Shown here: positions 24,518-34,411 of the stretch, one piece after another
Layout of the letters: each line of letters opens with the position of its first letter
How positions within the stretch are numbered: position 1 is the stretch's first letter
Virus record (IMG/VR): IMGVR_UViG_3300024358_000009
Span: 1-64,000 of that record
DNA length: 64,000 nucleotides
Reading direction: 5' to 3' (one strand)
Made by a program: the position numbers and the translations under genes
Notes under the pieces: model-generated
Told to the model about the DNA's origin: nothing
The model's database searches: none
The model's input: the letters and a program-made list of their open reading frames with translations, nothing else

Positions 24518-25216
24518 ATGATACATATTTATGGTTTATGTTATAGGATATTAAAATATCCAGATGAAACTATAAAAAGACTAAGGGAAACTGCATCAGA
24601 AGACTTTCATTTAACATGTATTGAATCACGATCTTGTAACTCTGATAAATTTTTTGAATGGGGAATGGAATGTTTAAAAAATAAAAAAATTCAAAGATTT
24701 ATAACATCGAGCACAAATTCTAGAGGATATGGATTTAATTGGTCTATAAAAAATTTTCCGCCAGATAATTCTGAAGATTTTTTTATTATTACAGATTTAG
24801 ATTTGCTAGTTCCAAAAGATTTTGACTGGATAAAAGAAATAAGAGAAAAAATGAAAGAAAATGTTATATGCGGTTTTACATTAAGCAATGAAAACTATAT
24901 AAGTCCTAATTCTGGATGGCATGAAAAATATGTTAAAAAACATAAACTTTTTGGAATGTGGTTAACATCAGTTAAAACACTGTGTTTTATGGAAATATTA
25001 TCTAAAACAAGTTGTAATATACAAGATGTTATTTTAATAAAAGATATGGAAAAATATGGAAAAAGAGATATAATAGACAAAAAATTATATCATTTTGGAT
25101 GGGATTCATATAAAGATGATCCAGATTATTGGAAAGATAAAAAACCATTAGCTTGGCAACAAAAATCAGATAAAAATGATTTAGACAAAATTCCTGTATT
25201 TAAGGTTTATGAATAA
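24518..25216 (+). CDS. putative glycosyltransferase (GT-A-like)
   Basis: FIITDLDLLV DxD motif; sugar-gene context. Confidence 0.5.
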   Translation: MIHIYGLCYRILKYPDETIKRLRETASEDFHLTCIESRSCNSDKFFEWGMECLKNKKIQRFITSSTNSRGYGFNWSIKNFPPDNSEDFFIITDLDLLVPKDFDWIKEIREKMKENVICGFTLSNENYISPNSGWHEKYVKKHKLFGMWLTSVKTLCFMEILSKTSCNIQDVILIKDMEKYGKRDIIDKKLYHFGWDSYKDDPDYWKDKKPLAWQQKSDKNDLDKIPVFKVYE

Positions 25217-25818
25217 TGATTACTGAAAATTCTTTAAATATAGTAAAAAAAATAACTGAAAAAATTCCAAGTTTTCATCATCATTATCATATTCTATACG
25301 ATATTGCAAATAATATAAAAAAAGATACTATAAATTATGTTGAAATTGGTGCTTATGCTGGAGCTTCGGCAATATTAATGCTTCACAATAAAAATGTTAA
25401 AGTTATATCTATAGACATAGGAAAACCAATAGGAAAACAAAAAGTATTAAACAATATAAACATTTTTTTTAGTGAAGAAAGATTTAAATATATACAAGGA
25501 AATTCACAAAATCAAAAAACTATAGATGAATTATTGAAAATAACAAATGAAATAGATATTTTATTTATAGATGGAGATCATTCATTTGAAGGCGTAATCA
25601 AGGATTTTGAAAACTATTCAAATTTTGTATCAAAAAATGGTTTTATAGTTTTTGATGATTATAGGTGTCCTATATGCGTACAAGTAAAACCAGCAGTTGA
25701 TAAAATAGTTAAAGATTTAGACAAAAATAAATTTGAAGTGATTGGTGCAATGGAAAATATATATGGAGCACATCCTAAAAAAAATAAAGGAAATTGTTTT
25801 ATAGTTAAAAAAATATGA
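25216..25818 (+). CDS. class I SAM methyltransferase (Methyltransf_24-like)
   Basis: VEIGAYAGAS, DILFIDGDHSFEGV..DF, IVFDDY. Confidence 0.85.
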   Translation: MITENSLNIVKKITEKIPSFHHHYHILYDIANNIKKDTINYVEIGAYAGASAILMLHNKNVKVISIDIGKPIGKQKVLNNINIFFSEERFKYIQGNSQNQKTIDELLKITNEIDILFIDGDHSFEGVIKDFENYSNFVSKNGFIVFDDYRCPICVQVKPAVDKIVKDLDKNKFEVIGAMENIYGAHPKKNKGNCFIVKKI

Positions 25819-27086
25819 ATAAAATAAATATACTTATATTTCCATGCGGATCAGAAATAGGATTAGAAATTTTTGAATCTTTAAAATTTTTAAAAAACAT
25901 AAATATTATTGGTGGAAGCAGTATTGATGATCATGGAAAATTTGTTTTTAAAAATTATTATAAAAATTTTCCTTTTATAAATAAAAAAAACTTTATTCCG
26001 TTTGTAAAAAAATTTGTTAAAAATAAAAAAATAGATTTTATTTACCCTTGTATGGATTCGGTTTTATTTATATTAAAAAAATATGAAAAAAAAATTGGCT
26101 GTAAAGTATTGACATCTGATTTTAAAACAACAGAAATTTGTTTGTCAAAAGAAAAAACATATTTAAAATTAAAAAATGTAATAGATGTTCCAAAAATTTA
26201 CAAAAACATAAATGATGTTAAAAAGTATCCTGTATATTTAAAGCCAAAAATAGGATATGGATCAAGAAATCATTTTATAGCATATTCAAAAAAAGAAGCA
26301 AAAATTTTCTTAAAAAAAAGAAAAAATTATTTAATTTTAGAATTTTTAAACGGAAAAGAATATACAATAGACTGTTTTACAGATAAAAATAAAAATTTAA
26401 TTTTTGTAAACGCAAGACAAAGAGCAAGAATTTCAAATGGTATTAGCACAAATATAAAATTAATTAATAAAAAAATATTTTATAGTATAGCGAAAAAAAT
26501 AAACAAAACAATAAATTTAAATGGATCTTGGTTTTTTCAATTAAAAGAAGATTATAATAAAAAATTAAAACTTTTAGAAGTAGCACCGAGAATAGCAGGG
26601 TCTTCTGCAATATGTAGATATTTAGGAATAAATCTTTCAGAATTAACAATAATGAATGAAATTTATGACAATTTAAAAATTATAAAAAATAATTTAAAAA
26701 TAGAAACAGACAGATCTTTACAAACAAAACAAAAAGTAAATATAAAATTTAAATATGTTTACATAGATTTAGATGATACAATAATTTTAAATAATAAAAT
26801 AAATGAAAATATAATTGAATTGATATTTAATTTTATAAACAGAAACAAAAAAATAATTTTAATTTCAAGACATAAAAAAAATATAAATAAAACATTAAAA
26901 AAATTTAAAATAAATCATCTTTTTGATAAAATTATACATATTAAAAACAATGAAAAAAAAAGTAAATATATAAAAAACAAAAATTCTGTTTTTATAGATG
27001 ATTCTTTTTCAGAAAGACTGGATGTAAGTATCAATAAAAAAATAAATGTTTTTTGTGTTAATAGTTGTATGTGTTTAAAAGAATAA
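25815..27086 (+). CDS. ATP-grasp protein with C-terminal HAD-like domain
   Basis: YLKPKIGYGSR, EFLNGKEYTID, LLEVAPRIAG; C-terminal IDLDDT...FIDDSFSER. Confidence 0.85.
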   Translation: MNKINILIFPCGSEIGLEIFESLKFLKNINIIGGSSIDDHGKFVFKNYYKNFPFINKKNFIPFVKKFVKNKKIDFIYPCMDSVLFILKKYEKKIGCKVLTSDFKTTEICLSKEKTYLKLKNVIDVPKIYKNINDVKKYPVYLKPKIGYGSRNHFIAYSKKEAKIFLKKRKNYLILEFLNGKEYTIDCFTDKNKNLIFVNARQRARISNGISTNIKLINKKIFYSIAKKINKTINLNGSWFFQLKEDYNKKLKLLEVAPRIAGSSAICRYLGINLSELTIMNEIYDNLKIIKNNLKIETDRSLQTKQKVNIKFKYVYIDLDDTIILNNKINENIIELIFNFINRNKKIILISRHKKNINKTLKKFKINHLFDKIIHIKNNEKKSKYIKNKNSVFIDDSFSERLDVSINKKINVFCVNSCMCLKE

Positions 27087-27089
27087 CAT

Positions 27090-27638
27090 TTAAAAATTTT
27101 TTTTAATTCCGTAAAAATATAAATCTTTTGAATTGTAATTTGTTTCAAAACAATACTCTTTAAACATCAAATTTATATCAATTTGTTCTAAAAAATCTTT
27201 TTCTTCTAAATTTTTATAATAATCCCAATTTGCCAATGGAGAAGCTGCTTTATCATTTCTTTTTGTTCCATGTTCTGGTCTTCCTATTGTTGCACATGTA
27301 AAAAATAAAAGCCCATTAGGTTTTGTCATTCTGTACATATTAACAAATGTTTCTAACCAAAATGGATTGTGTTCAAAGCATTCACAAGAAGCTGTTGTAT
27401 CAAAAATATTGTCTAAATAATTTAACTTTTGCCCCTCACAAACTACATCAACACATTTTCCTTCTCCAACATCAACTCCAGTATAATCGCATTTTTCAAA
27501 AAAAACTCTTATTGTTCCATTTATATTTAAACTTCCTATTTCTAATACTTTTGAATGGATGAAATAATTAGGAAATTTATTTTTTATTTTTTTAACAAAG
27601 CTCATTTGTTCTGAATGAGACATAATTCTCTTTCGCAA
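27090..27638 (-). CDS. class I SAM methyltransferase
   Basis: VLEIGSLNING, YTGVD, CECFEHNP, TKPNG. Confidence 0.85.
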   Translation of the reverse strand: MRKRIMSHSEQMSFVKKIKNKFPNYFIHSKVLEIGSLNINGTIRVFFEKCDYTGVDVGEGKCVDVVCEGQKLNYLDNIFDTTASCECFEHNPFWLETFVNMYRMTKPNGLLFFTCATIGRPEHGTKRNDKAASPLANWDYYKNLEEKDFLEQIDINLMFKEYCFETNYNSKDLYFYGIKKNF

Positions 27639-27693
27639 AAATATTAGTTCATGGGGTATTTACTTTTTAGTTACTTTAATTAGGTAATGCAAC

Positions 27694-28200
27694 ATGAAAA
27701 ATAATGCAGAAACAAAAATTGCACTAAAACGCAATATAAAAGACTTAATAAGAATAGAAAGTGATTCAAATCTTATAGAAGATCCAGACTTTGGGGTTTT
27801 AAAAACAGATATTGGCTGGAAAGAAGAAGACTTTGTTGCATATGTAAGAAAAAAGAACACATCTATATACATATGTCAAATAAGTAATAGTATAATTGGA
27901 TATATAGCTTTCTCAAAAGAAAACGACATTTTAACAATAGATAAATTAGTTATTGATCCAGTTTTAAGAAAAAATGGATTTGGATCAACTTTATTGAACT
28001 TTGTTGAAAATTTAAACTTTTCAAAAATAATTGCTTATGTTAGAGAAAATGATGATGAAAGCATTTTGTTTTTTAAAAACAGAGGTTTTATTGCAAGACT
28101 ACAAAAAAATCATTATGGTTCTTCTATAGACGCTATAGTTTTTGAGAGAAATAAAAATGAAGAAAAAAAATATAAACCAACCAAAAGGAAAACTCGTTAA
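27694..28200 (+). CDS. GNAT acetyltransferase (RimI-like)
   Basis: IDKLVIDP.LRKNGFG..LL, VREND...LFFK.RGF, HY....DA. Confidence 0.8.
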   Translation: MKNNAETKIALKRNIKDLIRIESDSNLIEDPDFGVLKTDIGWKEEDFVAYVRKKNTSIYICQISNSIIGYIAFSKENDILTIDKLVIDPVLRKNGFGSTLLNFVENLNFSKIIAYVRENDDESILFFKNRGFIARLQKNHYGSSIDAIVFERNKNEEKKYKPTKRKTR

Positions 28201-28339
28201 TTGTCTTGGTTGGTGCAATAAAACATTTATTTCTCCAGACCCAACATCAATAAGGTTTTGTCCTAAGTGCAAAGACAAAAAAAGAGATATGTGTTTATCT
28301 AAATTTGAAACAAAAGAATTAAAAGTGAATTATGATTAG
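28157..28339 (+). CDS. small Zn-finger protein
   Basis: NCLGWCNKTFISP...FCPKC; paralog of 14749..14910. Confidence 0.65.
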   Translation: MKKKNINQPKGKLVNCLGWCNKTFISPDPTSIRFCPKCKDKKRDMCLSKFETKELKVNYD

Positions 28340-28637
28340 TTTTTTTAAAAATTTATTTTTTGGAGAACCAAGGTCAAATAAATGGCCAGCACTTAGAGAT
28401 AAAATAATAAAAGAAAACTGTGAATGTTTAGCCTGTGGAACAAAAAAAGAATTAACTTGTCACCATATAATACCTTTTAGCAAAAATAAAAAGTTAGAAC
28501 TTGAAGAATCTAACTTAGTAGTATTATGTAATACATGTCATTTTGTTTTTGGGCATTTGAAAAGCTGGAATTCATATAATAAAAATGTTATAAAAGACTG
28601 TAGAGAATATAGATTAAAAGTGGAGTATAGACCATGA
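28332..28637 (+). CDS. HNH endonuclease
   Basis: CLACG, TCHHIIP, NLVVLCNTCH..FGH. Confidence 0.85.
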   Translation: MISFFKNLFFGEPRSNKWPALRDKIIKENCECLACGTKKELTCHHIIPFSKNKKLELEESNLVVLCNTCHFVFGHLKSWNSYNKNVIKDCREYRLKVEYRP

Positions 28638-29002
28638 GCGACCCTGTTCCTGGAATATTTCAAAAAGCTGTAAATTTTACCAAAGCAGTTGTAAAACATG
28701 CTGCTACTGGTTTTCAGCGTGTTCCATTAAATGTATTCCATGACAGAATGAATACTTGCAATACATGTGAAAACAAAACAAACGAAGGCACATGCAAATT
28801 GTGTGGTTGTTTTTTAAACATTAAAAATACTTGGGCTTCTGAAAAATGTCCTGCCGGAAAATGGGATATATTTGTAAGTCCAACTCAGCCAGAAAATATT
28901 AATCCAAGTCAACCAAATACCATAACTTTTGATCAAGTTAGAAATAGCCCACAAAATCAACAAGGTGGTTGTGGGTGTGGCAAAAAAAATAATCCCACAT
29001 GA
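28634..29002 (+). CDS. Cys-rich hypothetical protein (DUF6171-like)
   Basis: R..TCNTC...TCKLCGCFL..K..WASEKCP..KW. Confidence 0.65.
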   Translation: MSDPVPGIFQKAVNFTKAVVKHAATGFQRVPLNVFHDRMNTCNTCENKTNEGTCKLCGCFLNIKNTWASEKCPAGKWDIFVSPTQPENINPSQPNTITFDQVRNSPQNQQGGCGCGKKNNPT

Positions 29003-29601
29003 TAGAAAAGTCATCAAATTTTAAAAATCTATTAAATATGAAATTTGGAAGATTAAAAGTTATAAAATTATCTAATAAAAAAAGTACAAATAGATCATAT
29101 ATATGGGAATGTAAATGTTCTTGCGGAAAAATTACTAATGTTATTACATATTCTTTGCTTTCAAAACGAACAAGAAGCTGTGGTTGCTTAAGAAATAAAG
29201 CTGCTCATAATAGAAATTATTTAGGTCAAATAACCGGAACAATTTGGAGCAATATTTTAAGGGGAGCCAGACAAAGAGGTATAAAGTTTTTTTTAACAAG
29301 GGAAGAAGCTTGGGAATTATTTATAAAACAGAAAAAAAGGTGTGCTTTAACAAACCAAAGACTTAGATTTAGAAGATATGTTAAAAAACAAAACGGAAAA
29401 GATATTTATTCAACTGGAACAGCTTCGTTAGATCGAATAAATAGTAAACTTCCGTATCAAAAAGACAATGTTCAATGGGTACATAAAGATATAAATTGGT
29501 TGAAAAACAAATTTTCGCAGGATAAATTCATAAATATGTGTCGATTAGTATATACTAATTCTAGGAGAAATAAAAATGCCACTAAAAGAATGTCAAAATA
29601 A
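28999..29601 (+). CDS. HNH-type homing endonuclease-like protein
   Basis: FGRL...WECKCSCG...SCGC, RCALT, SLDRINS...Y.KDNVQWV..IN..K. Confidence 0.8.
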   Translation: MIEKSSNFKNLLNMKFGRLKVIKLSNKKSTNRSYIWECKCSCGKITNVITYSLLSKRTRSCGCLRNKAAHNRNYLGQITGTIWSNILRGARQRGIKFFLTREEAWELFIKQKKRCALTNQRLRFRRYVKKQNGKDIYSTGTASLDRINSKLPYQKDNVQWVHKDINWLKNKFSQDKFINMCRLVYTNSRRNKNATKRMSK

Positions 29602-30055
29602 TGGTGTCAATGGTTGGAAATGGGGAGATCAAGGACATTGCTACACCGGTAAAGACGGTAAAAAACAAGCTATTAGACAAGGAGTGGCGATTGAAGGTCC
29701 AAAGAAATTTGCCGAAATAATGAAAACTGAATCGAATGAATGGGCTGGTAAATCTTTATATGATCAATTATCAAGCGATGAAAAATCTTTAGCCGATTCT
29801 TTGCTTGAACTGACTAAAAAAATTGGCCCTTTAGATAAATCAGAAGGAATTTGGGTTGGATATGAAAATTCAGAAAAAAATGAAAACAAAGATATTGGTG
29901 TTAAGTGTGCTAATTGTGCATTGCATGTTTCAGAAAATGTCTGTTCTATTTTAGACAACGCAATCGAGTCAGAAGGTGCTTGCAGATTTGCCGTAATTCC
30001 AGATGGATATGTATCTGCTAAAGTTAAAAAAGATATAAAGGATTTTTATTCTTAA
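29576..30055 (+). CDS. hypothetical protein with C-terminal HiPIP-like four-Cys motif
   Basis: KCANC...C...ACRF; N-terminal GWKWGDQGHCY module. Confidence 0.55.
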   Translation: MPLKECQNNGVNGWKWGDQGHCYTGKDGKKQAIRQGVAIEGPKKFAEIMKTESNEWAGKSLYDQLSSDEKSLADSLLELTKKIGPLDKSEGIWVGYENSEKNENKDIGVKCANCALHVSENVCSILDNAIESEGACRFAVIPDGYVSAKVKKDIKDFYS

Positions 30056-30546
30056 TGAAAATAGACAACACAAATAATTTAATTAGAACTCATTGCAATA
30101 AAGTGTCTCTTGATTATGGTAGAAAGATTGCAAGAAGAATGGTATCTTTTTTGCAAAATTATAATAAAAAACATAATTTAAGAGCAGCTGGATTAGCAGC
30201 TAATCAGTTAGGAATTAATGCTTCTGTTGCTGTTTTATTAATTAAATCAAAACCATTGATTTTAATTAATCCTGAAATATTAGACTTTTCAAAATCAAAA
30301 TTTGCTCATACAGAACAATGCTTGAGTTTTCCAGATGAGTCATTAACTGTACATAGACATGATTGGATTGTTATAAGATCTGACTACTCAAAAGAAGAAA
30401 TGTTTTTTGGGCAAAAACAAAATTCAGATTTAAATCAAAATAGTTTATTTGAATCAGCTTTAGTACAACATGAAATTTCACATCTATTTGGCAAAACAAT
30501 TCATGATTTTCAGTGGGAAAATTCTCCATCTCCAAAGGATTGGTAA
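30055..30546 (+). CDS. def: peptide deformylase
   Basis: GLAANQLG, EQCLS, QHEISHLFG (HExxH). Confidence 0.9.
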   Translation: MKIDNTNNLIRTHCNKVSLDYGRKIARRMVSFLQNYNKKHNLRAAGLAANQLGINASVAVLLIKSKPLILINPEILDFSKSKFAHTEQCLSFPDESLTVHRHDWIVIRSDYSKEEMFFGQKQNSDLNQNSLFESALVQHEISHLFGKTIHDFQWENSPSPKDW

Positions 30547-30722
30547 TGATTAATTTTAATGTTCAAGCAGAAGAAAACAGCGATAGTGTTTTAATTTTTA
30601 TAAATAAACACAAATTTAAATTTAATCTTTCTGATTTATATGAACTTATAACAGACTTAAATAAAGTAAAGTTTCAAATAATGAAGAAAAAACAAAACAA
30701 CGAAATAGACAACTCTCACTAA
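30546..30722 (+). CDS. hypothetical protein
   Basis: TAATG coupling. Confidence 0.55.
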   Translation: MINFNVQAEENSDSVLIFINKHKFKFNLSDLYELITDLNKVKFQIMKKKQNNEIDNSH

Positions 30723-30759
30723 ATTTTTATATAATGTCGTTATCCATAAGGAGATCGAC

Positions 30760-31038
30760 ATGAAAACGCATTACGCAAAAAGAAATGGAAAACCAGGACA
30801 AAGGTTTGAAACTTCTATAGAAAGTATTGTTTATCAAATATTTCCAGACGATTGTTTGTTAACGAAAAACGAAATACAAGAAAAAATAGCTTCGTATATA
30901 AAACAGAAGCCTTTTGAAGTTAATGGAAGAGTTGGCTCAAAAGAAATAGATTCTTGTATAGTCAATCTATGTCAAAAAGGTTATTTAAAGGAAATATTTG
31001 GAGTTAAACTAGAAAAGTTCATTAAAACTCTACCTTAA
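30760..31038 (+). CDS. hypothetical protein, possible winged helix
   Basis: AAGGAG RBS; LTKNEI...EID..I.NL...GYL. Confidence 0.55.
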   Translation: MKTHYAKRNGKPGQRFETSIESIVYQIFPDDCLLTKNEIQEKIASYIKQKPFEVNGRVGSKEIDSCIVNLCQKGYLKEIFGVKLEKFIKTLP

Positions 31039-31082
31039 AAAATAGTGTATTTAATAGCAGTAACTCTCTCAAAGGTGCTGCT

Positions 31083-31253
31083 ATGGCAATATATTATGAG
31101 ATATGGGGAATACTCCCTGATAAAAAGAAACGATCTCTCATAATGACTTATGAGGAAGATAAATGGCAACGAGCAGAGAAAAAAGCTGCCAGACTGATTG
31201 AAATGCAAATGTCTGGCGTTGTTCTCTTAGAAAAGCACTCTGGAAATGAATAA
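31083..31253 (+). CDS. hypothetical protein (56 aa)
   Basis: Hand-translated MAIYYEIWGILPDKK...; AAGGTG RBS. Confidence 0.55.
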   Translation: MAIYYEIWGILPDKKKRSLIMTYEEDKWQRAEKKAARLIEMQMSGVVLLEKHSGNE

Positions 31254-32307
31254 ATTAAATGTAGTTGCACCGATTAATCAACTTGGTTATGGAATAGTTT
31301 CAATAAATATAATTAAAGAACTAAACAAAAAATTAGATCTTTATTTATGGACTATTGGTGGAATAAATTGCAAACAAGAAGATATAAAACTTTTTAATCA
31401 TCTCGTTAAAAAAAATCAATTTTATGATCATACAATACCAAGTTTAAAAATTTGGCATCAAAATGATCTATCTATGCATCCTTCAGTTCAAAATAGATGT
31501 GCTTTTCCTATATTTGAACTTGAACCATTAACTAAACAAGAAGTCCATCATATGAATTCGATGGATAAAATTTTCCTAGCTACAGATTGGGCTGTTGACA
31601 TAGCCATTAAATCCGGTATTGATAAAGAAAAAATATACAAAACACCTTTAGGAGTTGATCAAAAAATCTTTTTTGCAAAACCAAAACAAGCTAAGGAAAA
31701 AATAACTTTCTTAAATATAGGAAAATGGGAAATAAGAAAAGGTCATGACATATTAATTAAAGCTTTTCAAAAGGCTTTTCCGTCAGATGATCAAGTTGAA
31801 TTAATAATGCATTGCGAAAACCCTTTTTTAACACCTCAAGAAAAAAATAATTGGGAATCTTATTATGCATCTGATAAAAGAGTAAAAATTAGTAATAGAT
31901 TTGAAACGCAAGAAGAATTATCTAATTTAATGAGTTATGCAGATTGTGGAGTTTTTCCTGCTAGAGCAGAAGGTTGGAATATGGAATTGGCAGAAATGCT
32001 TTCCATGGGCAAGTTTTGCATAGCAACAAATGCAACTGCTCATAAAGAATTTATAAATAAAGATATTTGCGAATTAGTCGAAGTTGGTCAGCTTGTAAGA
32101 GCATATGATAATAAATGGTTTCATGGACAAGGATATTGGCCTAACTTAGATGAAAAAACAATAAATCAAATTGCACAAAAGATGATAGTGATAAAAAACA
32201 AAATAGTGTCTGGCGAAAAAGGAAATCAAAAAGCTTCAGAGCATATGAAAAATTATACTTGGGAAAAAACAGCCGATTTAATTGTAAAGGCTATTTATGC
32301 AAATTAA
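31246..32307 (+). CDS. GT4 (GT-B) glycosyltransferase
   Basis: FLNIGKWEIRKGHD, ADCGVFPARAEGWNMELAEML. Confidence 0.88.
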   Translation: MNKLNVVAPINQLGYGIVSINIIKELNKKLDLYLWTIGGINCKQEDIKLFNHLVKKNQFYDHTIPSLKIWHQNDLSMHPSVQNRCAFPIFELEPLTKQEVHHMNSMDKIFLATDWAVDIAIKSGIDKEKIYKTPLGVDQKIFFAKPKQAKEKITFLNIGKWEIRKGHDILIKAFQKAFPSDDQVELIMHCENPFLTPQEKNNWESYYASDKRVKISNRFETQEELSNLMSYADCGVFPARAEGWNMELAEMLSMGKFCIATNATAHKEFINKDICELVEVGQLVRAYDNKWFHGQGYWPNLDEKTINQIAQKMIVIKNKIVSGEKGNQKASEHMKNYTWEKTADLIVKAIYAN

Positions 32308-32713
32308 ATCTTTGGAAGAACAGGATATTTTCAATGGTTATTCGGAATGCCTTAAAGAAATTGGTGTTTTTTTTATTTCAAGAGTAGAAGTCTTAAGATA
32401 TGTCGAAAGCCAATTAAAAACAGGTAATAAAATATTTTGTGCCATAGAAAATAAATCTGTTGTTGGAACAATAACAATTAATATTTACACTCAAAAAGAA
32501 CTTAAAAAAGGATATATAACAAATCTAGGTGTTGTTAAAAAATTTAGAGGTTATGGAATAGCATCTAATTTAATAGAACATGTTTATAATTACGCAAAAG
32601 AAAATTCATGTATTGAAATATCATTAAATTGTGAATCAGATATGATTTCTTTTTATGAAAAATTTGGATTTAATATTAGCGGTACATGCATGAGGAGAAA
32701 GATAGATGTCTGA
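32297..32713 (+). CDS. GNAT acetyltransferase
   Basis: GYITNLGVVKKFRGYGIA..LI, FYEKFGF. Confidence 0.85.
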   Translation: MQIKSLEEQDIFNGYSECLKEIGVFFISRVEVLRYVESQLKTGNKIFCAIENKSVVGTITINIYTQKELKKGYITNLGVVKKFRGYGIASNLIEHVYNYAKENSCIEISLNCESDMISFYEKFGFNISGTCMRRKIDV

Positions 32714-33038
32714 TAAATTGTCTTCAATAACATTTTTTTTAGAAAATGACGAAGTGTTTTGTAAGGTCGATTTAGAACAAACGGCTAATAACAATGAAGA
32801 CATTGATTTATCAAAAAGACTTGGAGATTTTTTAGCATTACTAAGTTTAGGCAGTCTTTCTCCGGTTATTACACATGGAATTGCTGAGTATGGAGTTTTA
32901 TCTAACAGAAAAAGACTTACGGAAATGATATTGATAATTTGGGAGCAATCATTAAAAAATCTTTCTGGAAATAAAGAAAAGAAAGAAAGACCAGTTATAA
33001 CTCCTACTGAAGCATTTTTAATAAAGGAAAAACAATGA
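32706..33038 (+). CDS. hypothetical protein
   Basis: GAGGAG RBS. Confidence 0.6.
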   Translation: MSDKLSSITFFLENDEVFCKVDLEQTANNNEDIDLSKRLGDFLALLSLGSLSPVITHGIAEYGVLSNRKRLTEMILIIWEQSLKNLSGNKEKKERPVITPTEAFLIKEKQ

Positions 33039-33859
33039 TTTCTGCTGAAATAGTAGCTGACTCTGTAAGTCCCTCAAATCAAAGAATTACAAGTTTTGTT
33101 TGTACTTTTCCAAGATTTATTTTGGCTGAATTCAATACTCATAGAATGTTATCAAGAAATGCTGCTAGTAGTCGTGCAATACCTACTAAAAAATTTATAG
33201 ATCAAGTTTTAAATAATCCTGCTATGCCTATTTATTGGGGAAAAAATCAATCTGGAATGCAATCATTCTCTGAACTTTCTCCTTCAGATATTCCTGTGGC
33301 AGAGGAAATATGGATTCAAGCAAGAAACAAAATGATTGATTGTGTAAAGGAAATGATGTCTATTGGAGTTCATAAACAAATAGTTAATAGATTATTAGAA
33401 CCTTGGTTTAATGTTACAGTAATTGTAACAGCAACTGATTATGAAAACTTTTTTAAACTTAGAATTAGCAAAAATGCCCAGCCAGAAATATTTGAATTAG
33501 CAAGTTTAATGAAAAAAGAAATGGATAAATCAATACCAAAAAAAATAGACATTGGTTGTTGGCATATACCATTTGCAGACAAACATATAAACAATGTTGC
33601 AGAAGAAGACAAGTTGTTAAAAATAGGCGTTGCAAGATGTGCTAGAGTAAGCTATTTAACTTTTGAAGGTGTAATAGATTATGAAAAAGATTATGCTCTG
33701 CATGATCAATTAAAAGCAGATGGTCATTGGAGTCCTTTTGAACATTGTGCAACTCCATGTTCTTCCGCTGACAGATCATACGGAAACTTTACTGGCTGGA
33801 AACAATATAGAAAGTTCTTTAAAGAAGAAAACGGTAAATGCGAAAAATCCAATGGTTAA
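33035..33859 (+). CDS. thyX: FAD-dependent thymidylate synthase
   Basis: RFILAEFNTHRMLSRNAASSRAIP (HRxxSxxxxSxR), HWSPFEH. Confidence 0.92.
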   Translation: MISAEIVADSVSPSNQRITSFVCTFPRFILAEFNTHRMLSRNAASSRAIPTKKFIDQVLNNPAMPIYWGKNQSGMQSFSELSPSDIPVAEEIWIQARNKMIDCVKEMMSIGVHKQIVNRLLEPWFNVTVIVTATDYENFFKLRISKNAQPEIFELASLMKKEMDKSIPKKIDIGCWHIPFADKHINNVAEEDKLLKIGVARCARVSYLTFEGVIDYEKDYALHDQLKADGHWSPFEHCATPCSSADRSYGNFTGWKQYRKFFKEENGKCEKSNG

Positions 33860-34407
33860 AGTGGGAAGATCCACTAGAACCTAAAAAAAGATTAAAAGCT
33901 GAATTCTCTGAAGAGCAAGAACAAAAAGACAGCTTTGATTATGAAGAAGACGAAAACGCAAAGCATGTGCGTTTAATATCTGGACCATATGGTCTTATAC
34001 CACTAAATGAACATGGCTTATCTAATAAACTATATAAACTATGGGTTGGTCATACAAACTTTGACATAACGCCTAAAATTGTTTCTGCTATAGAACAAAT
34101 AAATGGAGTTGAAATTTTAAGGGTTTGGACTAGATATAGATTTTGGATTGGTATAGGAAACATGTTTGATGTTGAAATAGTACAAAAACAAATAGAAGAT
34201 AAAATTTGTAATAAAAACAAAAAATCAAATTTATTAGTTATAAAAAATTTAACAGATACAATTAAAACAAAAAATAATTCTTGGGCTATTTGTTGCAATA
34301 AAAAAGGTGTGCTTGAAACTTTTATAGGTAATAGTGATCTAGATGTTAAAAAACAAATCATAAAGAAAAATTTACATATATTAAAATCTAGTTGGATTAT
34401 TGAATAA
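33838..34407 (+). CDS. hypothetical protein
   Basis: LWVGHTNFDIT...GVEIL...TRYRF.IGIG. Confidence 0.65.
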   Translation: MRKIQWLKWEDPLEPKKRLKAEFSEEQEQKDSFDYEEDENAKHVRLISGPYGLIPLNEHGLSNKLYKLWVGHTNFDITPKIVSAIEQINGVEILRVWTRYRFWIGIGNMFDVEIVQKQIEDKICNKNKKSNLLVIKNLTDTIKTKNNSWAICCNKKGVLETFIGNSDLDVKKQIIKKNLHILKSSWIIE

Positions 34408-34411
34408 TTGC

